From a virus (Duplodnaviria; Caudoviricetes): a stretch of DNA of 64,000 bases. The stretch is from the IMG/VR virus record IMGVR_UViG_3300044825_002279, positions 345 to 64,344 of that record, one strand, 5' to 3'. This document shows positions 37,801-47,682 of this stretch, piece by piece (the first letter of the stretch is position 1; each line of letters opens with the position of its first letter). The translations under genes and the position numbers were made by a program. The notes beneath the pieces are model-generated. The model did no database searches, was not told where the DNA came from, and was given only the letters and a program-made list of their open reading frames with translations.

Positions 37801-38486
37801 TCAAGATCGGCGGCGAGCTGCGCGGGCTCGACAACTCGCTGTTCCTGGACGGCGGCGGCCGCTGGCTGGTCCCGGAAGGTGCCGACTGGCTGGAGCCCAG
37901 CTGGGCCGAGGTCACGTACATCTGCAACGTCTACACGCCGACCACGCTGCTGCGCACCGACCGGATCTACCTGGACTACGACATCCAGGGCGATTTCAAG
38001 CTGGCCTACCGGTGGGGCACGGCCGACCTCGCGTTCGCGGCTTTCGTCGATCCGGTCCCCGACGGCCTGCTGACCGGCAACTTCAACGATCCGGTGGGCA
38101 GCTCGGTCGACGAGGAGGTGCTGCTGGTCTGGCGCGCATGGCGCCAGGGCATCCCGGCCTTGCCGAATCAGCCCCTGCAACTGCGCTGCATCATCGCCGG
38201 CGGCGGCACCGTCCAGCCCCTGATTCGCGAGCTTCGGCTGCGGTTCGACGCCGAGGAAATCCAGGAGACCTTCAGCAATCTCCCGATCGGCCCGGCCAGC
38301 ACCTTCGTACCCAAGCAGCGGACGTACCGCAAGGTCGCCTACGTTCTCGGCAGTATCACCGCCCCCTCCACGGCTACGACCTTCGTCGTCGACGGCAAGG
38401 CGCCGAATGCTATCCGCGTTCGGCTCACCAATGCCGCCGGCGCCGACGTCGCGGGGTTCGCTGACGTCCGCATTGGAGGCGGTTGA
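34761..38486 (+). CDS. Tail tip/host specificity protein (gpI+gpJ-like)
   Basis: ~1240 aa; VPVVMG, phage tail-tip core, FN3-like C-terminal region; TTG 34827 is a possible start. Confidence 0.85.
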   Translation: MTQSCSPSPVSRTGSRATAIQGLSLGALPLYVSHRPHPFDLRAVRVELPYGLTIAEILEVACADPALRRTMSVRIAGHDIPAAVWHRVRPKPGVLIEAVPLPLGGDTLRTILIIAVVAAAMAAGAWIAGPALLGATGATFTFASAGIGGALTLGGMLALNALIPPAKPQIDQPTTTSPTYGIEGAQNSARINAPVPVVMGVHKVVPSLAAPWTTLLDDDDEYLYGLLCWSVGPASVSSIKIGDTPVENFQGVQLEHYLGDTTTSPTFTLYPSQVTITAVSALLLSGRRQVRQTDTDTDYAILEFQFREGAIKLSDSTGDELGVTITLRYRYRLVGAGTWSAETETNVAGKQASPKRTARRIAFPSRGQYEIEVWRVTGDTSSSSINDKLWWENIKSVNYDPPVRKCQGLVLTAIKIKASNQLSGVIRDLNGIVTSYRPAWNGSAWIYVPTSQPAALFRGLLQGNSLKRPVPDDEIDLAQLQYWATVTEPAQQYCNFVIDRDLSVWEALSIIAATGRATPTRINGKWSVVIDEPKGVPAQMFTARNCRNFMARRIFADEPHALRVQFVDAGAGYTTQTRDVYYDGYDASTATEFEEAEFPGVTNADQLWRMARWRMAEGRLRAEAYTFETDFEHLIATRGDLIMVQHSAPLWGRSAGRIRRVLLNAGGLMEALELDEAVVFDGAGDFVIRIRLSNNAQIVLDITEPVGETRIVFVEPPVANSFVIAPGDLYVIGLQDEEAVKLLIRGIEPIGDLAARITCVPYHPAVYTAHLGTVPDWDPNITAVPGQEAPIIRGVTSGDAAGVRNADGSLTMRALVLLWDDGTRPLATLSGVDVAWKRLDDEGPFNIIQAPPEATTVAIVGVPVDTTLRINARYRFSTGRLGRWGSEVQPYIAPPTIPPADVKGLIIDGLYLRWIHASGGDHKGFLIKWSPVGGQPWEECEDVTDQAVTATEFPTAAIPDGARQILIKAVTIHGVQSVSPARATAEAGFAFSRIDVGNDSLRTRGFPGTVVNAVKIGGELRGLDNSLFLDGGGRWLVPEGADWLEPSWAEVTYICNVYTPTTLLRTDRIYLDYDIQGDFKLAYRWGTADLAFAAFVDPVPDGLLTGNFNDPVGSSVDEEVLLVWRAWRQGIPALPNQPLQLRCIIAGGGTVQPLIRELRLRFDAEEIQETFSNLPIGPASTFVPKQRTYRKVAYVLGSITAPSTATTFVVDGKAPNAIRVRLTNAAGADVAGFADVRIGGG

Positions 38487-40475
38487 TTGAGCGCTCGCGC
38501 AACCCTGCCGGCCGGCGTCCTGTGGGCCGAGGAGCCGCGCACCCCGTCCCTGGGCGTGGCCTATTCGGTCTGGGAGGCACTCTACGGGGTGCAGATCGCC
38601 GAGCAGGCCGCACCCGACGAGATCACCCTGGTCGAAGGCGTGGCGTCGCTCGCCACCTCGGCGCAGGCCCGCCTGCTGCCGCAGATCGCCGACACGCCCG
38701 ACGAGCTCGACCGGATCGACCTCAGCACGGTCGGCCAGGGTCGCGTGGTGCGTCTGTCGTGCGGGACCTTCACCGACGAGAGCGGCTCGGCCGCGATCAC
38801 GATCCGCCACCGTGCGGGCGGGATCATCAACAGCGGCGAGTTCGTCCTGGCCGACGAGGCCGACATTGTCCTGCAGGACCCGGCCGAGTGGCTGATGGTG
38901 CAGCGCATCGGGAGCCAGTTCTGGCAGATCAGGCCGATCGGGTCCGGGCGGATCTCCCGGCTTTCGCAGAACCTCGACATGCAGGGCTATGCCGCGTTCG
39001 GGGGCAGCTACTTCGTCGATAGCCACGCGAGTTCGGCGCGGACCATCACGACCGACGACCGCGGCAAGGAATTGGTGAACACGGTCTCCTGCGTCTACAC
39101 GCTGCCGATGGCACAGCCGGCATCCTCGGCGTTGCAGTGGGCCGTGGGCGACTTCGTCCTCTTCCGTCAGGAAGGCCCGGCCTGCTCGTTCCGGACCTCG
39201 CTGGGCTCCACGCCGCGCAACCTCGACAATCACGACCGCGGCCGCGGCGTCGGCTCCAAGATGGAGTGCGAGCTGATCCGGGTCTCGCCCACGTTCCTGT
39301 GGGCCCTGGTCGGCCAGACCCAGAGTGCGGGCTCGGGGCCGGCGCCGGTCGAGCGCGTCTATGCCCATGTCGCCAGCGCCAGCACGATCACGACTGACGC
39401 CGCGTCGACCGCCTGGAAGAACGCCCAGGCGTTGGTGCACACCCCGGGCTCGAACGAGCGCTGGCTCTACCTCGCGCACTGTGGCTTCAAGTCCAGCAAC
39501 TCGCAGAGCAACACCGGTGCGGAGCTGCGATTCCAGCGGGCGGAGATTACGGGCGGGCCGCAGCTCGGCTGCCCGCGCTACACGGCCCACCAGGATGCGC
39601 CGCTGCTGATGACGGCTGCCGCCTATGGCGTGAGCCCCGGGTCCCAGACGCTGAACATCGACGTCAAGGTCGGGAACGGCACCTATGCCGCCTCGGTGTT
39701 CTCGCCCGCGATCATCGGCATCCGACTCGCATCGGACGAGTTCCTGAGCCAGGCCGCCGGCTCCGCGAACAACGTCACCAACACGACCTATGTCGACTTG
39801 ATCACGATGACGGAGACCTTCGCGGCGGACGATTACTACTTCTTCGTCTGGGGCGACTACGGCTCGGTGAATACCCTGGGCGTCACCGTGGCGGTCGAGG
39901 TCGACGGCGTGCTCCGCCATGAAAAGGCGATCGGCCGCAACACCGGGCTCAATGGCTACTTCGGCTTCGTGATCCCGGCCACCTTCACCTCCGGATCGAA
40001 GACGATCAAGCTGAAGGTGAAGGGCAACGGCGCCTACAACTCGACCATCCAGAACATGGGCATCTGCGCGCTCCGGAAGGCCAACTTCAACGACGTGGCC
40101 GCAGCCAACAGCCCCACCGGCGTGACCACGACCGCCACGGCCTATCAGGACTTCACCACCGTCTCCAAGTCGCTCACGAGCGGCTGGGACTACCTGGTGC
40201 TGGCGGACCTCGACACCAAGCTGGACGTCGAAGGCAGCTCGCCAAGCGTCAAGGCGCAGATGGTGCGCAACGGTACCCGCGTCGGCAGCGAAAGCCGCAC
40301 CGTGCCTCGGGCCGCCAATGAATACGCCCCGGTCACCTTCGGGGCCATGGCCGTGCTGGTGAAGTCGCTCGAAGAGGACACCTTCGCCTTGCAGTACGCG
40401 AGCGGCCGAACCACGGACACGGCGGACGTCAAGGAAGGGACCGTGCTGGTCCTGGCCTTGGCGCCGACCGCCTGA
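38487..40475 (+). CDS. Tail fibre/receptor-binding-like protein
   Basis: 662 aa beta-rich, after gpJ; N-terminal domain resembles that of 45263-46294. Confidence 0.7.
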   Translation: MSARATLPAGVLWAEEPRTPSLGVAYSVWEALYGVQIAEQAAPDEITLVEGVASLATSAQARLLPQIADTPDELDRIDLSTVGQGRVVRLSCGTFTDESGSAAITIRHRAGGIINSGEFVLADEADIVLQDPAEWLMVQRIGSQFWQIRPIGSGRISRLSQNLDMQGYAAFGGSYFVDSHASSARTITTDDRGKELVNTVSCVYTLPMAQPASSALQWAVGDFVLFRQEGPACSFRTSLGSTPRNLDNHDRGRGVGSKMECELIRVSPTFLWALVGQTQSAGSGPAPVERVYAHVASASTITTDAASTAWKNAQALVHTPGSNERWLYLAHCGFKSSNSQSNTGAELRFQRAEITGGPQLGCPRYTAHQDAPLLMTAAAYGVSPGSQTLNIDVKVGNGTYAASVFSPAIIGIRLASDEFLSQAAGSANNVTNTTYVDLITMTETFAADDYYFFVWGDYGSVNTLGVTVAVEVDGVLRHEKAIGRNTGLNGYFGFVIPATFTSGSKTIKLKVKGNGAYNSTIQNMGICALRKANFNDVAAANSPTGVTTTATAYQDFTTVSKSLTSGWDYLVLADLDTKLDVEGSSPSVKAQMVRNGTRVGSESRTVPRAANEYAPVTFGAMAVLVKSLEEDTFALQYASGRTTDTADVKEGTVLVLALAPTA

Positions 40476-43400
40476 TGCTCACCGTACCCATCGCTGCCAT
40501 CGTCGGCACCGCGGGCGCGCGCGGCACCCCACCCACGCCAGAGCTGATCTGCGTCGGCGAGACCATCCGGATGCGGACCACCGATCCCTCGACGGTGAGC
40601 TTCAACCCGGTGCTCAACGACGTGACCAACGACGGCGCCACCGTCGACATCGTCAGCCTGGACCCCCTGGCGGCGACGGTCGGGACGGTAGGCCGCACCG
40701 GCAACGTCGTGACGTTCACCAAGGCCCCGGGATACGCCGGGACCTTCGATCTGATCTATCACGCGCGCTCGAGCACCGGAGCTGAGGCCGACGGCATCAT
40801 CAGCTTCATCGTCGACGGCACCACCAGCGTCGACTTCGTCACCGGTGTCGCTGATACCCTGGACATCGAGATCGGGGCCACGACGCGCGACTTCGACGTG
40901 CTCGCCAACGACACCGGCAGCGGGCCGATCGAGATCACTCCCGGCAGCATCGTACAGCCGACCGGCGGGCCGACGCTCAGCATCGTGGGCGGGATGCTGC
41001 GGGTGACCCGGAACTCGGCGGCGATCGGCAGCTATGCCGGCGGCTCCTATCGGCCGCGGCTGGTCTCCGGTGCGGTGACTGCCTCGCCGGTGGCGCTCAC
41101 CGTACGCGTGGTCTCGGCCACCGTCGTGGCGCCAGACTTCACCGTGGTGGTCCCGATCACCGCGGCATCGCCGTTCCCGATCGACGCCCTGGCGCGCTGC
41201 AGCGGCTCCGGCCCGATCGAGCTCCACCCCACGGGGTTGATCGCGCCGACCGGCGCCAGTGACACCGCGGCGATCGTCAGTGGCAAGATCAACTACACCC
41301 GCGGCACGACTCCGGTCGGCGTCTACACCATGGGCTACAAGGCCCGGCTGGTCGCCACGCCCTCGATCGAGGACGCCGGAACGATCACGATCAGGGTGAT
41401 CGCGAACTGGCACCAGGGCCGGCCCCGCCGCGGCGGCCGCGCCTGGGCCACCGGCTACCGCGAGATGGGCGCCTCGGCCGCAACCTGGATCGCGAACAAC
41501 GGCAACGCCGACGTTTATTGCGGCGTCATCGCCCGGCCGGGGACCTCCGACACTACATGGGAGGGCATCTGGGGCGGGCTCGACAGCGAGGCTCCCACCG
41601 CAGTTACGGTGCAGGCCAGCTCGCAGCTCGACTGGTCGACCGGCGACTTCGGGACGCACGCCCGCGCCCTGCCGATCGACGGGGCCTTCCTGCTGGCCGA
41701 ATGTGAGTTGTTCCCGGCGAGCTACCAGCCCGCCAGTGCCACCGACCTGCGCATCTGGGACCTGATCGACGGCGGGACCCTGGACGCCGGCTACCTGCGC
41801 ATGGGCGCCCGCCTGCGCAAGAACCTCCTCGCCCTGGGCTGGTGGGACCTGGATCGCTTCGTCCTGGTGCCGTGTCCTGGCATGAACGTCGCGGGCGTGA
41901 TCGGCCGCGTCTTCTCCGCCACCCGCACCCGCCACAAGACTGCGATGCAGCGGGTCTACGCCAAGCTGCGCGAGGGCTTCGGCAGCCGCCTGCGCATCGC
42001 CCACGTCGTCGGCCGGAAGGCGCATCTGGGCGGGACCGACCTCTCGGACTGGATTCCATCCAACGCAGCCGGCGGCGTCGATGCGGTCGGGCTCAACTTC
42101 GATCCCAGCGCCCTGGTGACCAACGAGGCAACCTTCGACAAGTACCTGTCCGGTTGGGACAGCGCCAGCTACGGGATGATCGACGACGTCCTGCGCGCGG
42201 CCGCGACCCTGTCGGTTCCGGTCATCGTGCCTCGCTGGGCGCCGCTCGCGCGCGTCACCGCCGGCGAGAACCCGTGCCCGGTCGCCGACGTCGTGGCGCA
42301 GCAGTTCTCCAAGTTCCTCCGCGCCCAGGCGGCGGCCGGCAACCTCGTGTGCGACTGCATGAGCGGCCCCGAGTTGCTCAACAGCACGGGCTATGCTGGC
42401 ACCGATACCGCGGGCATCGCGGCCTGGACCCGGATGGTCGCGGACATCAGGGCGATCTGGAAGGGCACGCCGCTCAGCCCGATCCCGAGCCTCACGCTGG
42501 TCGCGACCAGCGTCACCATGGTCGACGGCGACAACCAGGAGGACGCCAACCCGCTCGCGGCCGCCACCGGCTCGGAGTCGGTGGGCGTCCGGCGCGTGAC
42601 CGAGGTCCCCGCCGGGATGACAGCCTCGGTCGTCGGCAGCGGCCCCGCAGCCAGGGTGCGGATCAATCGCGGCACCGCGGCCCCAGGCACCAGAACGGTG
42701 CGGGCCGAGATGGCCCTGGGCTCCGTCCCTTACTTCACCGACGCGCAGATCGACGTCAACCTGCAGGGGCCGCTGTCGACAAGCGATCTGTCGCCCGAAA
42801 ACCCGTTCAACTATCTCAGCGCCCATCACCGCCCGCTTGGTGCCGACCTCCAGTTTGGCATCCCGCCGAGCGTAAAGTTCGACAGGATAGGGGCTGCAAG
42901 CGCGGCCTCGGATTACACCGGCGGGACCAACACGCGCGGCCGCATCGCCATGGTCGGCGCCATGGTGCTGGCGGGCGAGGACAAGCCCGTCCACGTCGTC
43001 ACATCTAGCATGAAAACCGGCCACTGGCTGAAGGACGCCGACAGCACGCCGACTACCGGCTACAACATGCCTGCCCCGCCGGCCACCTACGACATCAAGG
43101 TCCCGGCTCCGGCCGATGTGGTCCCGCCCTACCCGACGGATGGTGACGCCGAGGTCGCGTTCTGGCCGCGCGACGGCGGCACTGTCGACATGGTCGATAC
43201 CTTTTTCCACGCCCGGTACACCGGCACGCGCGGGGACGGCAGCTACGATTTCCTGGCCGACAAGCGCAGCAGCTGGCCTCTGGGCGGAACCGACGTTCCC
43301 GATGGATCGCCGGGCGATGCCGGCCCGAGCGCCTCGCGCCTGCGGCATCCCTACGGCACGGTAACGGGATTGGAGTGCAACGCAGCCACTCCTCTGATCC

Positions 43401-45259
43401 AGCACACGATGCGGCTGTACTGCACCCGGCACAGCCACAAGAACACGGTCGGCGACCCCGCAACAGTCCCAGCCGACATCGCCCGGACCGTCGCCGCCAG
43501 CGCGCCGCCAGAAGCGCACATCATGGGTGATCGCGCCGTGTGGGCGGCCTACGGCAAGGACAAGTGGAACCCGCCGTTCGATGACCCCACCACGACGTAT
43601 TGCGACAATCGCGGGGACATTCCCTACGGCACGATCCTGACGCTCAAGGAAGCCGACTACAACACGCTGAGGGCGACCTCGGGGCTCAACGCCCTTCAGC
43701 TCGCGATGATCGATGCCTGGTATCTCTACGGCGGCCGGGTCTGCGACGGGCACGGGGACTTCGTCACCAACCCGACCCCGGCCGACGGTCGCGGCCCGAG
43801 GTTGGCGGTGCTGCGCATAAGCACGGACGGCAAGATCAGCTCCGCCAACGAGGCGAAGTTGAACGAAGTCCTGGCTCTGATCTTCCCCCACCTCTGGCCG
43901 GTCAAGAACCCTCGCTACCACTTCGCCGAGAGCGAGGTCTACAGCGTGGTCGGCAGCGACTTCTACGGCTACCCCTATTGCGGCGGCGGCGGCCCACGCC
44001 ACCCGACCAAGTCCATCAACACGGCATGGGACCGGCCGACGGTCACACCACCGCCGCCGCCGAGCGGCGGGGTGTCGATCGACAACCCGTTCAACTTCAA
44101 GAGCGCCCATCACCGGCCGATCGGCGCCGGTGTGCGCTTCGGCATCCCGCCCGCGGTGGACTACAACGACACTCGCTCGGTCAACACGACCAGCGCCTAC
44201 ACCGGCGGCAATGAGGGCGAGCGCGGCCGAATCAAGAACTTCGGCCAGATGCAGTTCGGCGCCGACAAGCCGATGTACTCGGTCACTGCGTCGATGACGT
44301 CGCGGACGATCAGCAAGACTGCCGAGAGCAAGCCGGCAAGCGGGCACAACCTGCCCATCACGATCAAGATCCCGGATCGCACCACGGTCGACCCGCCCTA
44401 CCCGACCGACCATGACGGCGTGATCGCGTTCTGGCCGCGCAACGGTGGCACCGCCGACATCTGCGACAGCTTCTTCCAGTTCCGGGACTCCGCGACCCAC
44501 GCCTACAGGGCGTCCAAGGTCAACAGCTGGCCCATCGCCGGCATGGACGCCTATGACAACGGGACGGGCGACCCTGGCGCGTCGGCGACCAAGTTGCGCC
44601 ACCCCTACGGGGTCGTCATGGGCCACGAGCTCAACGGCGGCTCCGACGGTACGCCGGCGATACGCCACGCCCTGCGGCTGTTCGTGACCCGGCATAGCCA
44701 CAAGAACCCCGGCCCCGTAGCTCCCGCCTCGACGCACCTGTTCAACCTCAAGAACGTCTGGCCGGCCCACGGCAAGGATGGCTTCTCGAGCGTACCCGGC
44801 GAGGACAATCAGGGCGACACGCCCTATGGGACGCTCTTCACGCTGAAGACCGCCGACTTCAACACTCTGATGGCCCGGCCGGGGCTCACCCTGGCCCAGA
44901 AGGCCATGATCGAGTGCTGGTACTACTATGGCGGCCGCGCGGTCGACGGGCACGGCGATTCGATCCCGAACCCGACTCCAAGCGACGGCCGCGGCGCCAG
45001 GCTGGGCACCATCCGGATCAGCGACGACGGGCGGATCAAGAACTCGGTCGTCAGCGAACTGAACGCCATCTTCCCCCTCATCTTGCCGCTGCTGTGGCCG
45101 GTGTTCAACCCGCGCTACCACTTCCGCGACACCGACGAGCTGTTCAACTCTCCCGGCAACCCAGGGCACGGCTATTACTATGTCGGCGGCGGCGGCCCTC
45201 GGAGCGCCACCAAGTCCATCAACACCGCCTACGACCGGCCCACGGCCGCGGGGATCTGA
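40475..45259 (+). CDS. Large multidomain adhesin-like protein: Ig-like repeats, degenerate GH26-like barrel, two tandem copies of an unknown ~400-aa domain
   Basis: DVLAND-type Ig repeats; PGMN/PRW in place of EMN/EW; NPFN..SAHHRP to GGGGPR...SINTA.D twice. Confidence 0.75.
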   Translation: MLTVPIAAIVGTAGARGTPPTPELICVGETIRMRTTDPSTVSFNPVLNDVTNDGATVDIVSLDPLAATVGTVGRTGNVVTFTKAPGYAGTFDLIYHARSSTGAEADGIISFIVDGTTSVDFVTGVADTLDIEIGATTRDFDVLANDTGSGPIEITPGSIVQPTGGPTLSIVGGMLRVTRNSAAIGSYAGGSYRPRLVSGAVTASPVALTVRVVSATVVAPDFTVVVPITAASPFPIDALARCSGSGPIELHPTGLIAPTGASDTAAIVSGKINYTRGTTPVGVYTMGYKARLVATPSIEDAGTITIRVIANWHQGRPRRGGRAWATGYREMGASAATWIANNGNADVYCGVIARPGTSDTTWEGIWGGLDSEAPTAVTVQASSQLDWSTGDFGTHARALPIDGAFLLAECELFPASYQPASATDLRIWDLIDGGTLDAGYLRMGARLRKNLLALGWWDLDRFVLVPCPGMNVAGVIGRVFSATRTRHKTAMQRVYAKLREGFGSRLRIAHVVGRKAHLGGTDLSDWIPSNAAGGVDAVGLNFDPSALVTNEATFDKYLSGWDSASYGMIDDVLRAAATLSVPVIVPRWAPLARVTAGENPCPVADVVAQQFSKFLRAQAAAGNLVCDCMSGPELLNSTGYAGTDTAGIAAWTRMVADIRAIWKGTPLSPIPSLTLVATSVTMVDGDNQEDANPLAAATGSESVGVRRVTEVPAGMTASVVGSGPAARVRINRGTAAPGTRTVRAEMALGSVPYFTDAQIDVNLQGPLSTSDLSPENPFNYLSAHHRPLGADLQFGIPPSVKFDRIGAASAASDYTGGTNTRGRIAMVGAMVLAGEDKPVHVVTSSMKTGHWLKDADSTPTTGYNMPAPPATYDIKVPAPADVVPPYPTDGDAEVAFWPRDGGTVDMVDTFFHARYTGTRGDGSYDFLADKRSSWPLGGTDVPDGSPGDAGPSASRLRHPYGTVTGLECNAATPLIQHTMRLYCTRHSHKNTVGDPATVPADIARTVAASAPPEAHIMGDRAVWAAYGKDKWNPPFDDPTTTYCDNRGDIPYGTILTLKEADYNTLRATSGLNALQLAMIDAWYLYGGRVCDGHGDFVTNPTPADGRGPRLAVLRISTDGKISSANEAKLNEVLALIFPHLWPVKNPRYHFAESEVYSVVGSDFYGYPYCGGGGPRHPTKSINTAWDRPTVTPPPPPSGGVSIDNPFNFKSAHHRPIGAGVRFGIPPAVDYNDTRSVNTTSAYTGGNEGERGRIKNFGQMQFGADKPMYSVTASMTSRTISKTAESKPASGHNLPITIKIPDRTTVDPPYPTDHDGVIAFWPRNGGTADICDSFFQFRDSATHAYRASKVNSWPIAGMDAYDNGTGDPGASATKLRHPYGVVMGHELNGGSDGTPAIRHALRLFVTRHSHKNPGPVAPASTHLFNLKNVWPAHGKDGFSSVPGEDNQGDTPYGTLFTLKTADFNTLMARPGLTLAQKAMIECWYYYGGRAVDGHGDSIPNPTPSDGRGARLGTIRISDDGRIKNSVVSELNAIFPLILPLLWPVFNPRYHFRDTDELFNSPGNPGHGYYYVGGGGPRSATKSINTAYDRPTAAGI

Positions 45260-45262
45260 GCC

Positions 45263-46294
45263 ATGCCGAGCTTTCCCGCTCCCGGCAGCTTCGCGGTCCG
45301 CGCCGGGACCAACGCCACCCGCGGGCCGCTGTTCGAGAACTTCCTGGCGGCCACCAAGAACGTGGTCGGCGGCGAGGGCCAGGCCACGGTCAACATCGTC
45401 GGCGGGGTGATCTCGCCCGTGACGTGGCGGGTCTTCGTCGACGTCGAGGGCGGGGCCGCGGCCTCGGACGATCTGGACCTGGTCTCGGCTGGCTCGGAGT
45501 TCCACGGCGGGGCGGTGATCGTGATCTCGGCCGCGGCCGACACCCGCACGATCGTGGTGCGGAATCTGGCCGGCAACATCATCCTCAAGTCGGCCACGTT
45601 CTCGCTCAAGGGCGTCTGGGCCCGGCTGTGGCTGCAGTATGACGGGACCAACTGGGTCGAACTCGCGCGCGACTACGGCCAGGACCGGGTGCAGGAGCGC
45701 ACCGTCCTGGGGATCACGGGTGCAGCGCCGGTCTCTGGCCAGCCCGCGACCTACAGCCACGCGACCGGGGCGGAGGCCCAGGCGGGGACGAGCGAGACCG
45801 CCACGATGACACCGCTCGCCGTCGCGGTCGCGATGGGGACCGCAGCCCTCGCGATCGACGGCCGGCCGGTGGCCGCGTCCCTCGTGGGCGGGGACAACTT
45901 CCTGCTGTCGCGCAGCGGCACGCTCTACAAGATCAGCATCGCGGCCCTGCTGGCGCCGAGCTTCATCGCCTACGCTTCGACGGGCGAGCTCGGCATCGCG
46001 TCGGGCGCCACCTCGTTCGCGGCCCACAGCATGGGCGGCCAGCCGACCCTGGTCCGGGCCTACTACCGCTGCAAGACCGCCGAGGGCGGCTACAATGTCG
46101 GGATGGAAGTCCCGGTCGAGTGCATGATCCACGAGGAGGGCGTGCGCCGGGTCACGTTCGGCGCCGACGCGACGAACTACTACTACCAGATGTCCAGCAC
46201 GGCCGCGGCGGTCCGGGGCATCAACCGCACCAGCGGGGCGGCGTTCAACCTGACCAATGCCAACTGGCGGTTGTTCCTGCGCATGTGGCGATAG
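45263..46294 (+). CDS. Tail fibre-like protein
   Basis: L.YDGTNWVE, AT.AEA.AGT....MTP spacer, H.MG.QP..V C-terminal domain. Confidence 0.7.
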   Translation: MPSFPAPGSFAVRAGTNATRGPLFENFLAATKNVVGGEGQATVNIVGGVISPVTWRVFVDVEGGAAASDDLDLVSAGSEFHGGAVIVISAAADTRTIVVRNLAGNIILKSATFSLKGVWARLWLQYDGTNWVELARDYGQDRVQERTVLGITGAAPVSGQPATYSHATGAEAQAGTSETATMTPLAVAVAMGTAALAIDGRPVAASLVGGDNFLLSRSGTLYKISIAALLAPSFIAYASTGELGIASGATSFAAHSMGGQPTLVRAYYRCKTAEGGYNVGMEVPVECMIHEEGVRRVTFGADATNYYYQMSSTAAAVRGINRTSGAAFNLTNANWRLFLRMWR

Positions 46295-46368
46295 CGGCCG
46301 GGGTAATTCGGCAGACCGGCGGACAGGCCCGGCGGTAGGGCGGGCGGGAGCAAAGGCCCGGAGCCCCG

Positions 46369-47196
46369 ATGGAAGCCAACCGACAGGCCTGGATGGATCT
46401 CCTGTTCTCCGACGATGTCGAGGGCGGCTGGTCCGACAGGCCCAAGAGCGCCGACCCCGGCGGCAAGACCATGCGGGGCATCACGCTCGGCTGCTACTCG
46501 GATTTCCTGGGCCGCGAGGCCACGGCCGACGAGCTGCGCCAGATCAGTGAAGAGACCGCCCGCGAGATCGCGATCACGATGTTCTGGAACCCGGTCTCGG
46601 GCGACAGCTTGCCGGGCGGTGTCGACATCCTGGCGGCGGATTTCGCGTTCCACAGTCATTGGACCCGCGCGGCCAAGGAGCTGCAGAAGCTGGTCGGCGT
46701 GAAGGTCGACGGCTTCGTCGGCCCCAATACGATCTCGGCCGCGCGCAAGCAGGACCAGCAGGAGCTGGTGACCCGCTACTGCGACGCCCGCATGGACTTC
46801 CTCGAGGGCCTGTCGAACTGGGAACCGAACGCCCGGGGCTGGCGCAAGCGCGTGACCCTGATGCGCGACCTCGCCCGCAAGAAAATCCAGGCGCGCCCGA
46901 CCCTGACCGCGGCGCTGACCAATCCCGAGGTGGTCGGCACCGCCACGGCCGCGGCCGCGGGAGCCACCGGGATCGGATGGTATCTCGACCAGCTCGGGCC
47001 GCTGTTCGAGACCGTCAAGGGCCTGATCGACCCGGCCTATCTGCAGAAGCTCCAGTCCGTGGACGCGACCGTCGCGGCGTCGAGCGCCGGAGACCCGCTG
47101 CCGGCCCTGGCCCTCATGGCCTACATGACGGCCACGAGCGCGTTCGCGGTCTGGCGGATCGTCCAGACGTTCCGCAAGGGCAGGGTGATCGCATGA
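46369..47196 (+). CDS. GH108 endolysin with PG-binding region and hydrophobic C-terminal extension
   Basis: EGGW...DPGG.T..GIT, LQKLVG...DG..GP.T, GW.KRV. Confidence 0.88.
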   Translation: MEANRQAWMDLLFSDDVEGGWSDRPKSADPGGKTMRGITLGCYSDFLGREATADELRQISEETAREIAITMFWNPVSGDSLPGGVDILAADFAFHSHWTRAAKELQKLVGVKVDGFVGPNTISAARKQDQQELVTRYCDARMDFLEGLSNWEPNARGWRKRVTLMRDLARKKIQARPTLTAALTNPEVVGTATAAAAGATGIGWYLDQLGPLFETVKGLIDPAYLQKLQSVDATVAASSAGDPLPALALMAYMTATSAFAVWRIVQTFRKGRVIA

Positions 47197-47294
47197 ACCC
47201 CGCCCGCCGCCACCCGCCGCTCCCCTGGCCGCCCCTGGCCGCCCAGCTGGCCGCCGTAACCCTGTGCGGCCTGTTCTCGGCCATCTGGCCATGA
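47193..47294 (+). CDS. 33-aa single-TM peptide in the lysis cassette
   Basis: ATGA overlaps with both neighbours. Confidence 0.4.
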   Translation: MNPARRHPPLPWPPLAAQLAAVTLCGLFSAIWP

Positions 47295-47533
47295 TGGAGC
47301 TCCTGGCCGGATTCCTCGCCCCGTTCGGCGGCTGGCTCGCTCTGGCGGCCGCCGCGTTCGGGCTCGTGAAGTACCGAGAGTTCCGTGCCCGCAAGGAGAC
47401 CCGCGATGCCGTCCAGGCCGACAGCGACCGGGCCGACCGGGATGCTCTGGCGCGCCGCGTGGAGAGCGACCGTCGCCTCGATCGCCCTGGCGTGGCTGGC
47501 GGGGTGCGCACCCGGCACACGCGGCCCGAGTAG
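47291..47533 (+). CDS. i-spanin-like protein
   Basis: N-terminal TM plus charged helix, after the endolysin. Confidence 0.6.
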   Translation: MMELLAGFLAPFGGWLALAAAAFGLVKYREFRARKETRDAVQADSDRADRDALARRVESDRRLDRPGVAGGVRTRHTRPE

Positions 47534-47681
47534 CGTGTGCCCGCTCGTGGAGCCGATCGACCTCACGGCCGCGGGCTGGGCAGCACTGGAGCAGGCCGAC
47601 CCCAAGGGTGCGGCGCGAATCGACCGCCACAACTGCTGGTACGACGAAGAGTGCGGCTCCGGCTGCGAACCTGGAGAGTGA
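47442..47681 (+). CDS. o-spanin-like lipoprotein
   Basis: LAGC lipobox; overlaps the i-spanin in the +1 frame. Confidence 0.6.
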   Translation: MLWRAAWRATVASIALAWLAGCAPGTRGPSSVCPLVEPIDLTAAGWAALEQADPKGAARIDRHNCWYDEECGSGCEPGE

Positions 47682-47682
47682 G

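Noticed and set aside
40190-46132. 1980-aa minus-strand ORF and other long antisense ORFs (35472-39920, 637-2811, 19768-21714, 30448-32763, 49582-52257)
   Set aside because: Shadow frames of real high-GC genes; no motifs and implausible composition
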